From the NCBI GenBank assembly GCA_024137785.1, contig JAHRHZ010000140.1:12418986-12482985 (forward strand): 64,000 nucleotides of DNA, given 5' to 3'. Numbering within the stretch: position 1 is the first letter of the stretch; every line of letters begins with the position of its first letter. Position numbers and translations under genes: made by a program. Below the pieces are notes generated by a model. It had not been told where the DNA came from and searched no databases. It saw only the letters and a list, made by a program, of their open reading frames with translations. The DNA comes from Ginglymostoma cirratum (taxonomy: Eukaryota). Positions 1-13,786 of the stretch are shown in pieces.

Positions 1-2030
1 CTGAAAGCCCAGTGAACGAATCTGATACATACTGTGGAATATCAAATAAGAACTGATTTTCATATGCAACAAAAATGTCTGACAGTGTTGCTTAATTTCA
101 GCGCAAACCATGATACTTGTACGAAAACTGAACAAATTATTAGAGTAGTCATACTCAACAAACAATTACTGTTCCAGCCGTGTACCTTCAGGACCTATTG
201 GAATATGTGATTGTACAGCCACACTAGAGGACAAGTTGCAGAGGCATTAACTGAACTTGTGTAAAGATGGTAACCTGCCTGGTGATGGATTTGGCCTTGT
301 GGTTCAGTGCACTGACTCATCTTTGGGTTGTCAAAGATGTGCCCAAGCAATGTCCCTTTATGCCTGCCTTATCGATGGCTGGCTTTGTACAACATGAATT
401 GGCGAAATGGTTGAGTGAGCTTTAACCAGTTTTAAATGAGTTTTCCATCTGTTATGAAGGACTCCTTCACTTTCACAAAGAGCATTGAAACCTACATCTC
501 AAGCAAAACTGTTGATGTACACTTTTGATCTTATTAGTTTATTCACAAATATGCCACTTGAGAAAACCATTGACATTGTGATCTGTGATCACATCTCTAG
601 ATAGTCACCAATCTGTGAATCTGTTTTCTTCAAACCGACTCAAGGTTAGTAACTCGGTTGAGAGCAGTTTCAGTGACTCCATGTACGCCCAAATAGATGG
701 TGTTATTTTGGAATCCCTACTAGGTCCAGCTCTTGGCCAAAAGAAGTGTTACCACAAAAAGTGTGTTGTCAATGGAATTACCACTAACCTTGTACCCCTT
801 ACGTACCAATAGATAGGTAGATTTACAATATTCAAATCCAGAGCAGCATCAAAGAGGTCTTTAAACTCCGTCCTGTGCTCAAAACTGGTATTGAAAATGA
901 GCAAGCTTGCTTTTCCTCTTCCTTAATTGAGCATTCAGCCAGTGTGTTTTTTTTTCCTGTTTTGAGAGCCTATATGCTCCCTAATCAGTATATGTGTCGG
1001 GATTTCTACAGTGCCATGGACTAGATATTTTCTAATCTGCCTGCTCAGACATGTTATTACACAGATCTGGAGCCAGTGGGACTTGAGCTCCAGTCTCCTG
1101 GATCAGCAGTAGCGCTGCTGCTGCTCCACAAGAGCCCTTCCATGTTCCATGTACTACAAGGTCAACCTTTATTGATAACCTTGTGAATAGGGCTCTAGCC
1201 ATCTGCTCTTTAAGCTTGATGTTGAGATAGTGAATTTCAAATCTATTCTACCTGACAGTGGCGGCCCTGATCAAATCGTTGTCACTGTATATTACACAAA
1301 TTCATGAAAACATGAATGGCCACCATTTTTGGCACTGAACAGTATTCAGTCTAGCTTGGATTCCCATGGAAGGGGCCAGTGTCTCGAAGGTTTGAATAGG
1401 TGAAGTTAACTGTCAGATGGTGCTACTTTTCAGTAAACACGTGCTCTCTCCTTTAACAGGATGACACCAAGCTAACAAAAAATGTTTTTGCCAATTCTGC
1501 AAATGAGTAATGTGATTTGAGTTTCCGTACTGATGTGTTACCAGGTTGCAAGTCCCATCAGTTGGAGGCTGTATCAAACAACATGTCACTTTGTGATTTG
1601 CCACAGCAAGCAGCCTGCAGGTCATGCCCTTGCAAACCTCCACACACTGTCTAACATTAGATTTGGTTCTGCTATGGCAACATTTACTAAATAGTTCTGA
1701 CTGCATTAATAATTACATAACCTCAAATTGGTTTCTGGTATCAGTTGGCCATGTGGTGTCATGCATTTGAACATGCTGGAAGCTATTGTTAACATACTGA
1801 GCCATATTCTGTGGAAGCAAATTTAATTAATCTATGAATTACACTTTTTTAATTGTACAAAGGGTCACATTTCTGCCACATTCCCCGTGGCAACACATTG
1901 ACCAATCAGTCTCCCTGCTAGCTCAGATTTTTTTCAGCCAAGATTGACAGTTCCTATTAAATTATTCCCTTACCAGTCCTAATGAGTGAAAGATGAAAAG
2001 CTTCAATTTTGTTAAAAAGAGACATGATAC
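1..2030 (+). mobile_element. Highly decayed Penelope-like retroelement (RT + GIY-YIG remnants), interrupted by a small SINE at ~1025-1140
   Basis: Remnants of (Y)GLPK..PLRP..HELAKWL (~320-420), YAQIDGV..SLLGPAL (681-735), a GIY-YIG-like region (~1510-1590) and a decayed hammerhead-like motif cctaatgagtgaaagatgaaaagctt (~1978-2003). Confidence 0.7.
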
Positions 2031-3211
2031 ACAATGGAACCTCTGGGCTTTGTTCTGAATGTGTGGGGGAGGAATGGAGAAGAGGGGAACCGAGTTGTAT
2101 TTATTTTTTGTCTTTGCTGTGAAGCAATAGAAAGGGAATGTCACAGACTTGCAGCTTCAGAATAACAGTTTACATTCATATAGCACCTGTAATGTAGTGA
2201 AACATTTCAAGATGCTTTGCAGGAGCGATTATTGAACAAAATGAGACACCGAGCCATATGAGATACTGTTGTAAGTGATCAAAAAATTTGAAAAGTAGGT
2301 AGGTTAGATCAAACAGTTGCTGATGGAGTCTACCGAGGACAGTAGATAAAAGGGAGTTGGCTGGTGATCCCTGGGTTTGTTGAAGCGTCCATTTCTCTGC
2401 AAGTGGTTTGTAGTGAATCTCAATGAGTCAAAATCTTATTTCAGTCTTTTTTTTTAGGGTCCCGAGGAGCATTCTGTGAAGTAAAACCCACTGATCGACG
2501 AGGTCTGGAATTCTACAGAAAGCTGGGCTTCTTGGAGTTGGCTAAAATGGAGGGATTCCCAAAAGAAATGTTAGTTCTTGGAAGGAACTTGTAACAGAAA
2601 TCTGTGCAACGTAGTGTAATTAAAGGATGTGTATAATTAAATGTATCTAAATTTAGCCTTAAGCTGAATAACCTGTGTTTAATAATGTTTTATATTTTCT
2701 TTTTTTAATTTACAATACATAATGAGGTGAACTTGATTTAGATGGCACTTTGTGAGTTGGGTGGAACTCCACTGATGCAGTAACAAAGCATTATCTTCCT
2801 TGTTCTGTTTTATACCCTTTTCTATTCCTCCCACTTTACATGAACAATTGTTTGGTATCAGAAGGGAAGTTGACAAGGTGGTGCCTAGTTCTCTCACTTC
2901 AGACACTAGTCCCAAGCTGATGGTGTGATCTTGCTGTGCAGCCAGTTGAACTACTGTGTCAAAACTTGGTCATTTTTATAACTGACTATCCACAGAGGAG
3001 CATGTGGAGTTTTCTGTTTGCAGTGATAATTGAGCTCAGTTCATTGTGGTTGGGTGGGAGGCTTTGGGACTTCAACTGGTATCTGGTCTGCTTTCTGCAT
3101 TTTGTTTTGAATCCTATGGAAAGTAATGGACTTTGTCTGTCTTTAAAAGACACATTATATTTAGATATTCTCATTTCACTGTATTAAATAAATTGTTTCT
3201 GGATGAAGGAA

Positions 3212-3335
3212 CATGCTGTACATGTTGAAAATCTGAAATAATTGCGACAGTGCTGGGAATACACAGCAGGTTAGTCAAAATCTTTAAAGATTAATGTCAG
3301 ACTAATACTTTGGGTGCAAAACCTTTTATCAGAAC
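3212..3335 (-). mobile_element. Decayed mini-Penelope terminal fragment
   Basis: Minus strand gttctgataaaaggttttgcacccaaagt...cctgctgtgtattcccagca resembles the family at 13787 and 35797. Confidence 0.5.
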
Positions 3336-4220
3336 CTAATTTGAACTATACATCCAAACTATTTAGTGTGTGAAAGTTTCTTGTTTGTATAAAAACTGCA
3401 GTCCACTTTCAAGTTAGACTTCAGTCATTGGATTTCACCAGACACAATGTTAACTTAGTAACATGTCCCACAGTCGTCGTTAACAGCAGTCCTGTATGTG
3501 ACTGTACCTTCCCATCTTATTGCTGTTAAGTGTTGATAGTTATATTAAGTGATGGGTGTGACCGTTTCTCTCCTCCCCACAGTATGCAATGGAATGTAAT
3601 AAGCTCCCAGATGTCTGTTTCTAGTCTGAGATTTTTTTTGCAAAGCTGGTTAAGGCAAAAGTTGATCTAGATGAAAACAAATGTACACCTTGCAGTCTCT
3701 GGTTTCACACCCTCGTTTGTTGTGTGGACCAGAAATTATTTCCATTGTGGTCTTTTTCCTTTGCGTCAGATTGGTGGTATCTCTCATTGTCCCTGATATT
3801 TTGAGTATGCATCTCAAATGCTAATGTCTCCTGATAGGAGCAGTTTTTCAGTTGGTTGCTGACACCCAGATGTGCTGGTCAAGTCACACCATGATCTGCT
3901 AATGCAATTAGTCAAGCAACCCTCCCCAGACATTACTTAGAACTACTACTTGGAATGCATTCCTCAATAGCCTATGATTAAAACCATTATCGCAGTCTGC
4001 ACCATTTTCACTCTCTAACCCTCTGTTGTTCTATAAACCCCTCAATATGCAATAAATAGAGCCTGTCTTGAATTACTAAATATTTACTCCTATACTTGAA
4101 GAATTAAGTAAGTAATGGGGATAAGTACTGACATGTTTTAGACATTCAGTTCATACTACCCATCACATTGATATTAGGAGAAAAGGCTGAACATCACCTT
4201 GAGAGTGCTTAACTGCAGCA

Positions 4221-4565
4221 TTTTTTATTCATTCATGAGATGAGGGCATCGCTGGCTAGACTAGCATTTATTGTCCATCCCTAACTGCACAAAGGGCAGG
4301 TACGAGTCAACCAGATTGTGGGTCTGGAGTCACATGTAGACCAGACTGGGTGAGGATGGCAGAGTCCTTCTCTAAAGGACATAGTGAACCAGGTGGGTTT
4401 TTCTGGTAATCTGACAATGGTTTCATGGTCATTAGACTTTTAATTCCAGATTTTGTTTTTTTTTATTGAATTCAAATTCCACCATCTGTCCTGGTGGGAT
4501 TTGAACCCAAGTCCCCAGAGCAGTCTTAACAGTTTAATGATAATACCACTAAGCCAACGCTTCCC
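4221..4565 (-). mobile_element. tRNA-derived SINE (~350 bp). Other copies at 19019-19372(-), 22060-22378(+), 25840-26182(+), 44497-44848(-), 51240-51575(-)
   Basis: Mutually alignable copies with A-box/B-box-like head (tggc.tagtgg; gggttcaaatccc) and tail ...catcccatgaatgaataaaa. Confidence 0.85.
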
Positions 4566-7141
4566 AATCTCAATTGACAAAATGAGTGCTTGAGCTAAGA
4601 TTTCAGTCTTCGGTTTCTCACACGCTCTGGTTTTCTTTGTGCAAACCCATACTCTGTAGTTTCCACTTGCTGGAGATAGATAAATTTGCTTTTCTGTCTT
4701 CACTATACTGATGCCAGCACTCCTGCAACCATTGTCTATTACAATTTTCTGTCTGTGATATCTTGTTCAAATGGGTCACTTCCTTGTTTCCTGAATACTG
4801 TATTGAGTGAGAAGTAGCTGAAATTCATGTTAATTCCCATTCACTCTTGTCTGGTTTATTTTTCTAAACATTTAGCCTACACTTGCACACACTGTACAGA
4901 TCTATCCTTTTTCTTTACTTCTTACGCATCATGACTTCTATAAATCAAGCAGTACACTTGATTGGGGTCAAAAGTCTCATCTCTCACCCAGCCCCAACCA
5001 TCCCTTTGAACATAATGTTTTGCACCATGTGCCATTTTCCTCAGTCACCTCAAATCATATATAAAAGCTATCTTAACTGAGCAATGTGCACATTTGGAAT
5101 CCAGATTTTAAAATTAAATGTTTTTATTTGGACAGAAAGAAAATGGAGCACAGAATATTCAGATGTTGTTCAGGTTGCATTCATGATCCTAGATAGATTA
5201 AAAATTTGATTTTACAGACAGATGTATGGGCTAATCCATTTTGAATATCTGTTTCATAAATCCAGATTAACACCTTTGTTTCCCTTTCTGCCTCATTTAT
5301 CCCCTGCCCCTACTTCTCAAGAAATATAAAACTGCACTTATTTTTGATACTATATTTCTGCATACTAGCCGAGGTTTCCTGACTACATACTTGAAACTGC
5401 CATTGCTTGCCTGCTTCCTTTGGTTGTCTTGTAATGGGTTTTTTGTTGCACGGGTACTAGAAACCAAGAAGAGAAAATGGTTGCATCTAGGTGGGGTTGC
5501 GTGGCAGTACATGGTCTGTTCTGAAAGATTGCTGCTTATAGGAAGTTTGTGGGACGTCCAGAAGTGGAAAGCATGGCAGAAAGCTCTGCCAAGTCATTTT
5601 CTTCTAAGGAGAGGAAAGAAAACAGTCAGTGCTGCAAAATATTTAGTTCAATTTCAAATTAACAGATGGGATAAAGATGTCTGGTGTTGTATCATTTTTC
5701 CTATTTCAAATACCAACCTGCTGTGTATTCAGGGACATTTCTTATTGCCACATAGAGTTAAATGTGAACGTGCCCCTTGTTAAACATTTCTCCAAATTAA
5801 TTTGGGAAAGGGAGGGTCATCCCCCTTGAACCACTTCAATTCATTTGATATAGGTATTCAGTGATGATAAAAGGTTGCAGAGGTTTGATCCAGTAATAGT
5901 GATATATTCCAAGTCAGAGAGAAATCTGCAAGTGTTGGTGTTCCCACTTGTTTGCTACCCGTGTCCTGGGTAGTGGTGCTCATTGCATGTTTCAGTGCTT
6001 CTCCTGCAGGGATAAGACTTCATGTTTTGTGACTAGATAAAATGAAATAGTGTGGGAAATTATGTTTATCATTACACAGTAGTAGAGTTACAGATTCTAT
6101 CCTCCAAAAACCTACTGTGGCTAGTGAAAATATTTTGAGCTGTATAGCAACGTGACACAGTATTAGTTCCACAGAACCATAGGGCACATTGCCAGGGCAC
6201 ATGGCAGTGTCAACTTTCTGTAAAGCATATTAATGCTGATCATTACCATAATTAGCATGATAAATATGATAGCTGTCAATACTTCTCTTATTTCTGGTTG
6301 GAATTTAGCCAGCCTTCTGCTTTAACTTTTGCACCCCTCTTTGAAAAAGCACAGACATGCTGCTAGATCTTGATACCTGGTGCTCATTCACCAAAGCTTC
6401 CAACACTCATCAGTGGAGAGCAAGCCCAGACATGGAAAGAACTGTGTACATATAAATTTTTTTTTAAAAGATATCTTCTGTGTGTCTTTTCCTTTTAGTG
6501 TTTGGGTGTGAGCCGGAAATGCTTGTTTGTGCAGTAGTCACTTATCTGTGTTGGCATACTAACAGCCAAATAAATGCAACTGGTGTTTTTGTAAATCGAA
6601 TCGTGATAACAGTAGATGCAACAGTTATGCTGATAACTTTGTAGTTCTGCTTTGTAGATAAAGGGAATCCGTGCTGGGCTGAGGGTGGAGAAAGGGACAC
6701 TGAAGCAAAATTCTTAAAGGCATAAATGAACAAGATGACTTGAGTAGCCCCCACCCCCACTTCCCTTTTTCTGACCACCTCTCTTAAAGGGGCAGCACAT
6801 ACCCCCAACTACATAATACCCTTCCCTCTATATTTCAAAAAGTCCCATTAATGAACATGTATACAACAATTGTTTCCTAGCCAACATATACACATGTTCA
6901 GCAATACTTACCAAAGCATGGAAAACATAGAATAACAACCACCCCTAGACTAATCTACATGGCATGATTAGTCTCTTGGAGCATAACAGCTTCTAGAAGA
7001 TGGTCTCGTAGCCTAAGGAGCCTTTTCTAGTGTAGTCTCCTGGAAGAACCTGCCCTCCCTAATACCCCTCCCTAATAGATGACTCTGACACCACTAGTTC
7101 CATTCACCCCAGCTCTGAATTTTGAAGGAAGGAACTCTCAA

Positions 7142-7178
7142 ACACACACACACACACACACTCTCTCTCTCTCTCTCC
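7142..7178 (+). repeat. (CA)n(CT)n compound microsatellite
   Basis: Seen directly. Confidence 0.9.
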
Positions 7179-8834
7179 CCCCTCTCCCTCTCTTCCCTCC
7201 CCTCACTCCGTCCCTGTTGGTGAGGTAACCACGAGTCCCCTCCCCACCTTGTCGGCTGTGTATAAGACAACGGTCCTCTCTGAGCCACCACTGTTGGAAT
7301 CGTTTCCCCCCCCCCCCCCAGACATACAGTTTCAGGCCAAGACAATCTCTCCTCTTTGGGGTATCCTCAACTTTAGGATTCTGGTTATCTGTCCTTGTTA
7401 ATTCTACTCCACCATCCCTCTGATCTCTCCCAGCTGCAGTCAGTAGTGGTTGAACATGAAGGACACTGGTGAGCACTAGGTTGCTGCGTGTGGCGTCTTA
7501 TAGAACATGCTGAGGAACTTGATTTGCTGTCCTAGTGAACCCTCTTTTTAAGGCTTGCGTGTGGGTTTGTTCAAATCTCTCCACCTGTCTGTTTATCGCT
7601 GGGTAAGATGGAGCCAATCTCCCCTGATTGCTATTCCAGGTACTCCCCAAACACTTGCCACAAATTGTAGACCGTTGTCACTCATGACTTGTTTGGAGTT
7701 CCCAAACTTGACATATTTCATCCATTTGGTCTATCATTGTTTCTGCTGGTACCGACTTCACAACCGTCACCTTCAGCTACCTGGAGTAGGCATCCACCAC
7801 CATTAGCAACATCTGTTCCTCTGCTGGTCCTATGAAATTGACTTGAATTTGCTGCCATGGTGATTGAGGGCCAAAAACGGAAGTAGCGGCCTGTGGTCGG
7901 TCAGCAGCATGAAGTGTCTGCTGTAAAGGACTCCTCAGATGAACCTCTGGTTTCACCTGTGTTTTAATTTCAACTCCTCTCTTTTCTTTCCCGGCCCCCT
8001 CCCCAGGGATCCCTTGAAGACATCCTTAGACTTGTCCAAGCTGTCTTGCAAACTCAGTTTGGGTCTGCCAACCTGTTTAAAATGTAAGTTTTGTGACCAG
8101 GAGCATCCAAATTATGCAGGGGTTTGCTTTTTACTACATACAGTGGTAATTCTGCACACTGGTGCCTTAAATGTACTTTCACCAATATATAACCCTTTAG
8201 TGGCACCATTTGTTCAATGTATGTATGTCTGTAATGTAATCTTGGCAGGCTTCAAGGGTAGTGCCCTTCTCCCTATAGACTTAATTCAGGAATCAGAAAC
8301 ATCACTGCACCTGCCTTTGCTTCCATCTTTATTACCATTCCCTCTAATTTGGGAAGAACCCAGAAATGATCAACTTTGTTCCATACCGACTGAATGTTTA
8401 ATCAAAACTCCACTGATTCTTGCCCTTCTTCTGCAGACCCAGTCAACTCCCTGGGTGCTATGTACCTTTTATCCTGTCCTTGGGTTTATTTCTTATTGAC
8501 TTGTCTTGTTTGGGTCGTAACTGGCATTTTTGGGCAATGTAGCTCAACTGCAGATATTTTTGACACTGGGGTTCTTAAGCCACAAAGAGCCAACATGTTG
8601 GACTCAACTTGCCATGTTCGCAGCATTCTGCAGCTGGTACTGCTATTTGCTGAGTTTCTGCTACTCTATTCCAACTCGGGATGTAATGATTTCAGAAGCT
8701 GCTGTGAAATCCAAAATTCTGGTTTCCTGTCAACTTCTGTTAAATGGCTTCACGTCAAATGCCATAAACCAACTAGTCCTCCAAGGCATTCTACAGGAAC
8801 CCTCTAGATTCGTAATGTTCTGCTAATCTCTTTA

Positions 8835-9450
8835 GTCGAGAATGTTAGGTTCTTGGGAGTGATGATCACCAACAATCTGTCCTGGTCCACCCACCATCCA
8901 TGCAACAGTAGAAAGCACAACATCTTTACCTCAGGAGGGTAAGGAAATTGGGCATGTCCACAAAGACATATCAATTTTTACAAATGCACCCTGGGAAGCA
9001 CCCAATCTGGATGCATCAGTGTGGCTTGACAGCTGCTCTTCCCGAGACAGCAAGAAACTAGACAGTCATGTGAACAGGCCTTTGTACCCTATTAACCAGC
9101 CTTCCATCTATTGACGCCATCTGTACTTCCTGCTGCCTCGGGAAAGCAACCAACATAATCAAAGACCCCTCCCACCCTATTTATACTCTTCCACCCTCTG
9201 CCATGAGGCAGAAGATATAAAGGTTTGAATACATCTATGAACAGATTCAAAAATGGCTTTATCCCAGCTGTTATCAGACTTGAATGGATCTCTCAACTGT
9301 TAACGTTGATCTCTCTCTCTGGCTGTATCACTCTATTTTGCACTCTGTTCTACTACCCTGAAGTACTTTGGTACAATCTACCTGTATAGCAAATTAAACA
9401 ACACTTTGTCACGTACCAAGATACAGTGAAATGATAAATCATACAAACAA
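8835..9450 (+). mobile_element. 5'-truncated Rex1/Babar-type LINE fragment nested in the Gypsy element
   Basis: RFLGVMITNNLSWSTH...YLRRVRKLGMS..NFYKCT.GS..SGCI remnant typical of the Rex1 ORF C-terminus. Confidence 0.7.
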
Positions 9451-10299
9451 AGAGGTAGCCACAAATTGGCTGATGGACTCTCCATGTTGTACCCATTCAT
9501 AAAAATAGAAATGTTTTGCAATCATCGTGGCTTTGGCACAAAATGACTTCCAATGCTTCACAATCTTTTATTGGATTGGTTTTCTCTGGTTGCATCAGAC
9601 TCCTCAGAATTGCAAACGTTTAGCTCCGGATGATGCTCAAGAAAACCGGTACCGTTAAGTCTTCAGGCACTCTGTTTCTTTGTACTAAAGTATGCATTAA
9701 AACGTTCAGTATACAGAACCCAACTTTCTGTCTGATAGCTCCACATGGGTCTGCCCTTTCGTCTTCCTGCCAGTAGAAACTTTTCCTGCTACTTGAGTCG
9801 AAGTCCAATAGCTGAGCACAACCAGAGTCCCCTAAGTGAATGCTCTCAGCGATGGTTTTGGTAACCTTCTGGGTGAGTACACCCCTTTTCAGCCTTTGGC
9901 TGTAGCTCAAGTTCCCTCACAACTGCTTCCTTTGACATTTTGTTCTATCTCTCAGCATGTCTACTACGCTACCTCCTCAATCCCACACTGTTTCCAAGGT
10001 CTGTGTGATGTACGTCGTCTCGTCTGAAAATGACAGCAGCCCACAGTCAGTGGGCTGTGACTCAGTCTCATCACCAGTCATTATGTTCAGGTCAATTTAT
10101 AAGTTATAAAAAGACCACGCAGTAGGCCTGTAGAAATTGAACTGGGACCAGTTTGTTATATCTTTACAGCTACAAAGTTAGAGCTAGACTGTCTCTCAAA
10201 GTCTCTCCACCGCACCCCCCGGTCACATGACCTACTTTCAAAAGGGCAGCATGTACCCCCAACTATGTAGATTTTTCAGAAAACACGGGGTCAGGTTAA

Positions 10300-11735
10300 T
10301 GTGTAAATATAGTAGGTTTAATAAAATGATCTCAGAGAAAACTTGCATCATAAACAGATATGCTAAACTTAAAGATGGTTACTGAGGGATGAGCAAGAAC
10401 TAATACTGAAGGAATTAGTTGTCTGCGTAAAGGTATATCCCAATGAGGAGTAAGGATTCTAAGAAGGGGATAAAGTGACAATGGTCAATCAAGACGATTA
10501 AGGACAGTATCAAGTTGCAAGAAAAAATACAATGGCAATGGTTAGTCAGAAATTGGAGAATTGGGAAATGTTAAAGTCAATAAATGACCCCAAAAAAAAA
10601 ATAAATTGAGGATACGCTTGTATGTAATACCAAGATGGACATTAAAAGCTTCTTTAAACATATAAAGGCTAGAGAAGGAAGCTGGGAAATAATAAAGGGA
10701 AACCAGGGGTTCCTATGGCAACTGTAGTCATGTCCCTACCCTGGAGCCAGGAGGCCCAGGTTTAAGATCTACCTGTTCTAGAGGAGTGTAGTAACACATC
10801 TGAACATTTTGATTAGGAAATATTTTCAATTGGATACTAGTCAGAAAACAAAAAGAGGAAATCATGTCTGACAAAATTATTGTAGTACTTTGAGGCGGTA
10901 ACAAGGAGGCTAAAGGGGAAGCAATGGATGTAACATTTGGATTTCCAGAAGGTGTTAGAATAGTCAGTCAATAAAACTCAGTGTTGGAGGGTGTACGTTA
11001 GCATAGATAACTGCTAGTTGGGATAAGGGGGATCTGTAACTAGTGAAGTGCTATAGGGATCAGTGCTGAGCCACAATTATTCACAATTTATATTGATGAC
11101 TTGGATGAGGAAAGTGAAAGCGTTTTTAGCCAGGTTTTCAAAATTTGACAAAAATAGGTGGGAAGGCAAGTGGTGAGGCTGACTCCAAGCACTTGCAAAT
11201 AGATATAGATAGGTTAAAACTTGGCAGATGGAATACAATGTGGGGAAAAACCAAAGTTATGCGCTTTGGCTGAAGAAATAGAGGAGCAGAATGTTATTTA
11301 CATGGAGAAAGACTGCAGAATGCTACTGAACAGGGATTTGGGATACCTTGCACATGAATCAGGAAAAGCTAACATCCAACTTTAGTAGATAATAGTGAAA
11401 GCAAATGAAATATTGGCCTCTATTTCAAAGGGAGTGGAGTGTAAAAGCAAGGAGGTCTTGCTAAAACTACGTATACAAGGCACCAGTCACACCACAGTTG
11501 GAATACTGTGAACAATTTTCAGCGCCTTACCTAAGGAAAGATATATTGGCATTGGAGGCAGTCCAGAGAAGGGATATTGATTGATCACAGGTTTTGAGGC
11601 ATTTTCTTTATCAGAAAGTCAGTCAGTTGGGCTTGTATTCATGACTTGTGGAAGAATGAGAGGTGATTGTTTTGAAACATAGAAGATTCTAAGGGGCTGG
11701 ATAGGGTAGAGAGGATGTTTCCCCTTGAGGAAGGT
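10300..11735 (+). mobile_element. Decayed CR1-clade LINE
   Basis: RT remnants (QGSVL.PQLFTIYIDDLD; WQMEYNVGK; LEYCEQF) with many indels. Confidence 0.75.
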
Positions 11736-12529
11736 AGAAACTTTACCACTTCACCACAATTCCCCTCTATTGTGCTTACCAAAACTTTTCCCATACCAGG
11801 GATGCACTGAAGGCACCATATCTGCCGAATGTGGCATGCAACCAGCTGCATCAACTACTTTTCTCACACAGACTCCATGAAAACAGGTATTGATGTAGTG
11901 GTCTGACTTGCTGTTCACTAAAGAATTGTTGGCTGCATGGTTTTCGATCAGCTCTCATTTCTCAGACTGAGGGTGTTAGCATATCCCCATCACTGTTATA
12001 CATGCAGTCAGCTATGCCTCTGTCTTGTTAAGGTTTCTGAGCAATATCCCAACAGCAACAAGGAAAACAGGTGTACCTTTCTGACAGCATCGCATCTCTT
12101 CATTTTTCTTCCATATCCAGAATTTATCATAACACTGAACAATTTTCTTCCAATCGTCAAATCACCTGTGGTAATTTTCATTTTTTCTTAACATCCCGAA
12201 GTATCTCACACAACCAAACATTTTTCCCCATGACCAAATCACTACCTTTTGTGTTTTTAATTACTCACCACCACCACTGGTAAATCACCTATATGGCCAA
12301 TTACATATTTATATACAAAGCCCATTAAATTTCACCTGTTAACTACACCAATAAAGGCATCTATTCATTAACCGATGAATAACAAGTACCAGCTCAACCA
12401 TTCTGTCTCAAATGCATCCATCAATGCCAGTGATGGAGGAAGACTGCAGTTTGTATTAACTCTAAAGAGGAACAGTGGCGGTACGGATCAGACTAAAGCT
12501 CCTGAAAACATATCAAGAAGATATTGTAT

Positions 12530-13046
12530 CAGAGATAAAAGGTACTGCAGATGCTGGAGAATCCGAGATAACAAGCATGNNNNNNNNNNNNNNNNNNNNN
12601 NNNNNNNNNNNNNNNNNNNNNNNNNNNNNNNNNNNNNNNNNNNNNNNNNNNNNNNNNNNNNNNNNNNNNNNNNNNNNNNNNNNNNNNNNNNNNNNNNNNN
12701 NNNNNNNNNNNNNNNNNNNNNNNNNNNNNNNNNNNNNNNNNNNNNNNNNNNNNNNNNNNNNNNNNNNNNNNNNNNNNNNNNNNNNNNNNNNNNNNNNNNN
12801 NNNNNNNNNNNNNNNNNNNNNNNNNNNNNNNNNNNNNNNNNNNNNNNNNNNNNNNNNNNNNNNNNNNNNNNNNNNNNNNNNNNNNNNNNNNNNNNNNNNN
12901 NNNNNNNNNNNNNNNNNNNNNNNNNNNNNNNNNNNNNNNNNNNNNNNNNNNNNNNNNNNNNNNNNNNNNNNNNNNNNNNACCCATGCGGGTACCCATGGC
13001 CACACCCTTTGTTTGTAGGAAGTGGGAGGAATTGAAAGAAAAGTTA
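12530..13046 (-). mobile_element. 5'-truncated Penelope-like element spanning an assembly gap
   Basis: Left flank is the PLE 3' terminus (cf. 51180-51225); right flank encodes RT NFSFNSSHFLQTKGVAMGTRMG (cf. 49518-49585). Confidence 0.85.
12580..12979. other. Assembly gap (400 N); other gaps at 39719-40118 (400 N) and 50890-50989 (100 N)
   Basis: N runs. Confidence 0.99.
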
Positions 13047-13647
13047 TAGTCTAGATGTAACTTCTATCTTATTAAAAGGCAAGTGTTAGGTGCTGTGTTC
13101 CAGATGTGATTTGATTGCTCAAACTACTAAGCTTGAAGCAAAACACACTTTATTCTTACACCACGGTTAAAATACAAACAAAAAACAGAATTGGCATAAC
13201 TTTAACTCTATCGAAATACTTAGAACAATATATTTTTTAATTACTACTCATCAACTGTTCCAATATAGCAGCATCCCATACACACACCCTTGGCAAAAGC
13301 AAATTCAGCAAAACAGATTTCCCTTACTTGCTATCTCCTCCAGTCCAGGATAAGGAACACCAACAGAATGAATCTAGCAGCAGGGACAGAACTCAAGCAT
13401 TTTATGGCAGCAGAGATAGCTTCACCTCCAAAACCCCAACTTCAACCACTGAAAGCAAAAACCAAAAACCCACAGTCTGTGTGAGCCTGACTCCACTAAC
13501 TCATTTAAAAATGAGTGATTTGTCTAATTTTAAAAAAAGCCATTTATTCTGGCCTCCATGGAGCAGACACCTCCACCATGTTTACAGCATCCACTTCAAG
13601 ATTAACATGACAGGACAAATCCCTCTTGAAGGCACATACTGTCACAG
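13047..13647 (-). mobile_element. Probable solo LTR (may extend left of the PLE to ~12470)
   Basis: Minus strand begins TGTGACA and has AATAAA at ~13153; LTR-like composition; no coding remnants. Confidence 0.4.
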
Positions 13648-13786
13648 TTGTGAAATGGCTACATAATTGGATGCAATCTTGAGAACAACAGCTCAGAACA
13701 CAGAGAATCTGAATTAAACTTAAGAACAAAAATCAAGTGACCATGAAGCTGGTAAACTGACATAAAACCAACCTAGTTCATTAAAG

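Larger units (their letters stand above)
6770..10266 (-). mobile_element. Internally deleted, decayed Ty3/Gypsy LTR retrotransposon
   Basis: Shared LTR start tgtagttgggggta at ~6812 and ~10266; polypurine tract agagggaagggtatta next to 6813; PBS-like tggtgatgag at ~10068; gag remnant (QHGESISQFVA, ~9460-9500); RNase H remnant (RHFMLLTDHRPLL, ~7885-7925); integrase remnants (YKTPHAAT ~7480-7505; VVAQRGPLSY ~7260-7292). Confidence 0.72.

Noticed and set aside
2440-2720. Strong acceptor (T-run AG at 2456-2457) suggesting an exon
   Set aside because: No recognisable ORF or donor; the surroundings look like an LTR-type repeat remnant.
7939-8826. Plus-strand ORFs of 98-186 aa
   Set aside because: Antisense to the decayed Gypsy gag/pol region; no recognisable protein.
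12375-13049. Long ORFs across N runs (also 39286-40411 and 50673-51073)
   Set aside because: Artefacts of translating gaps.
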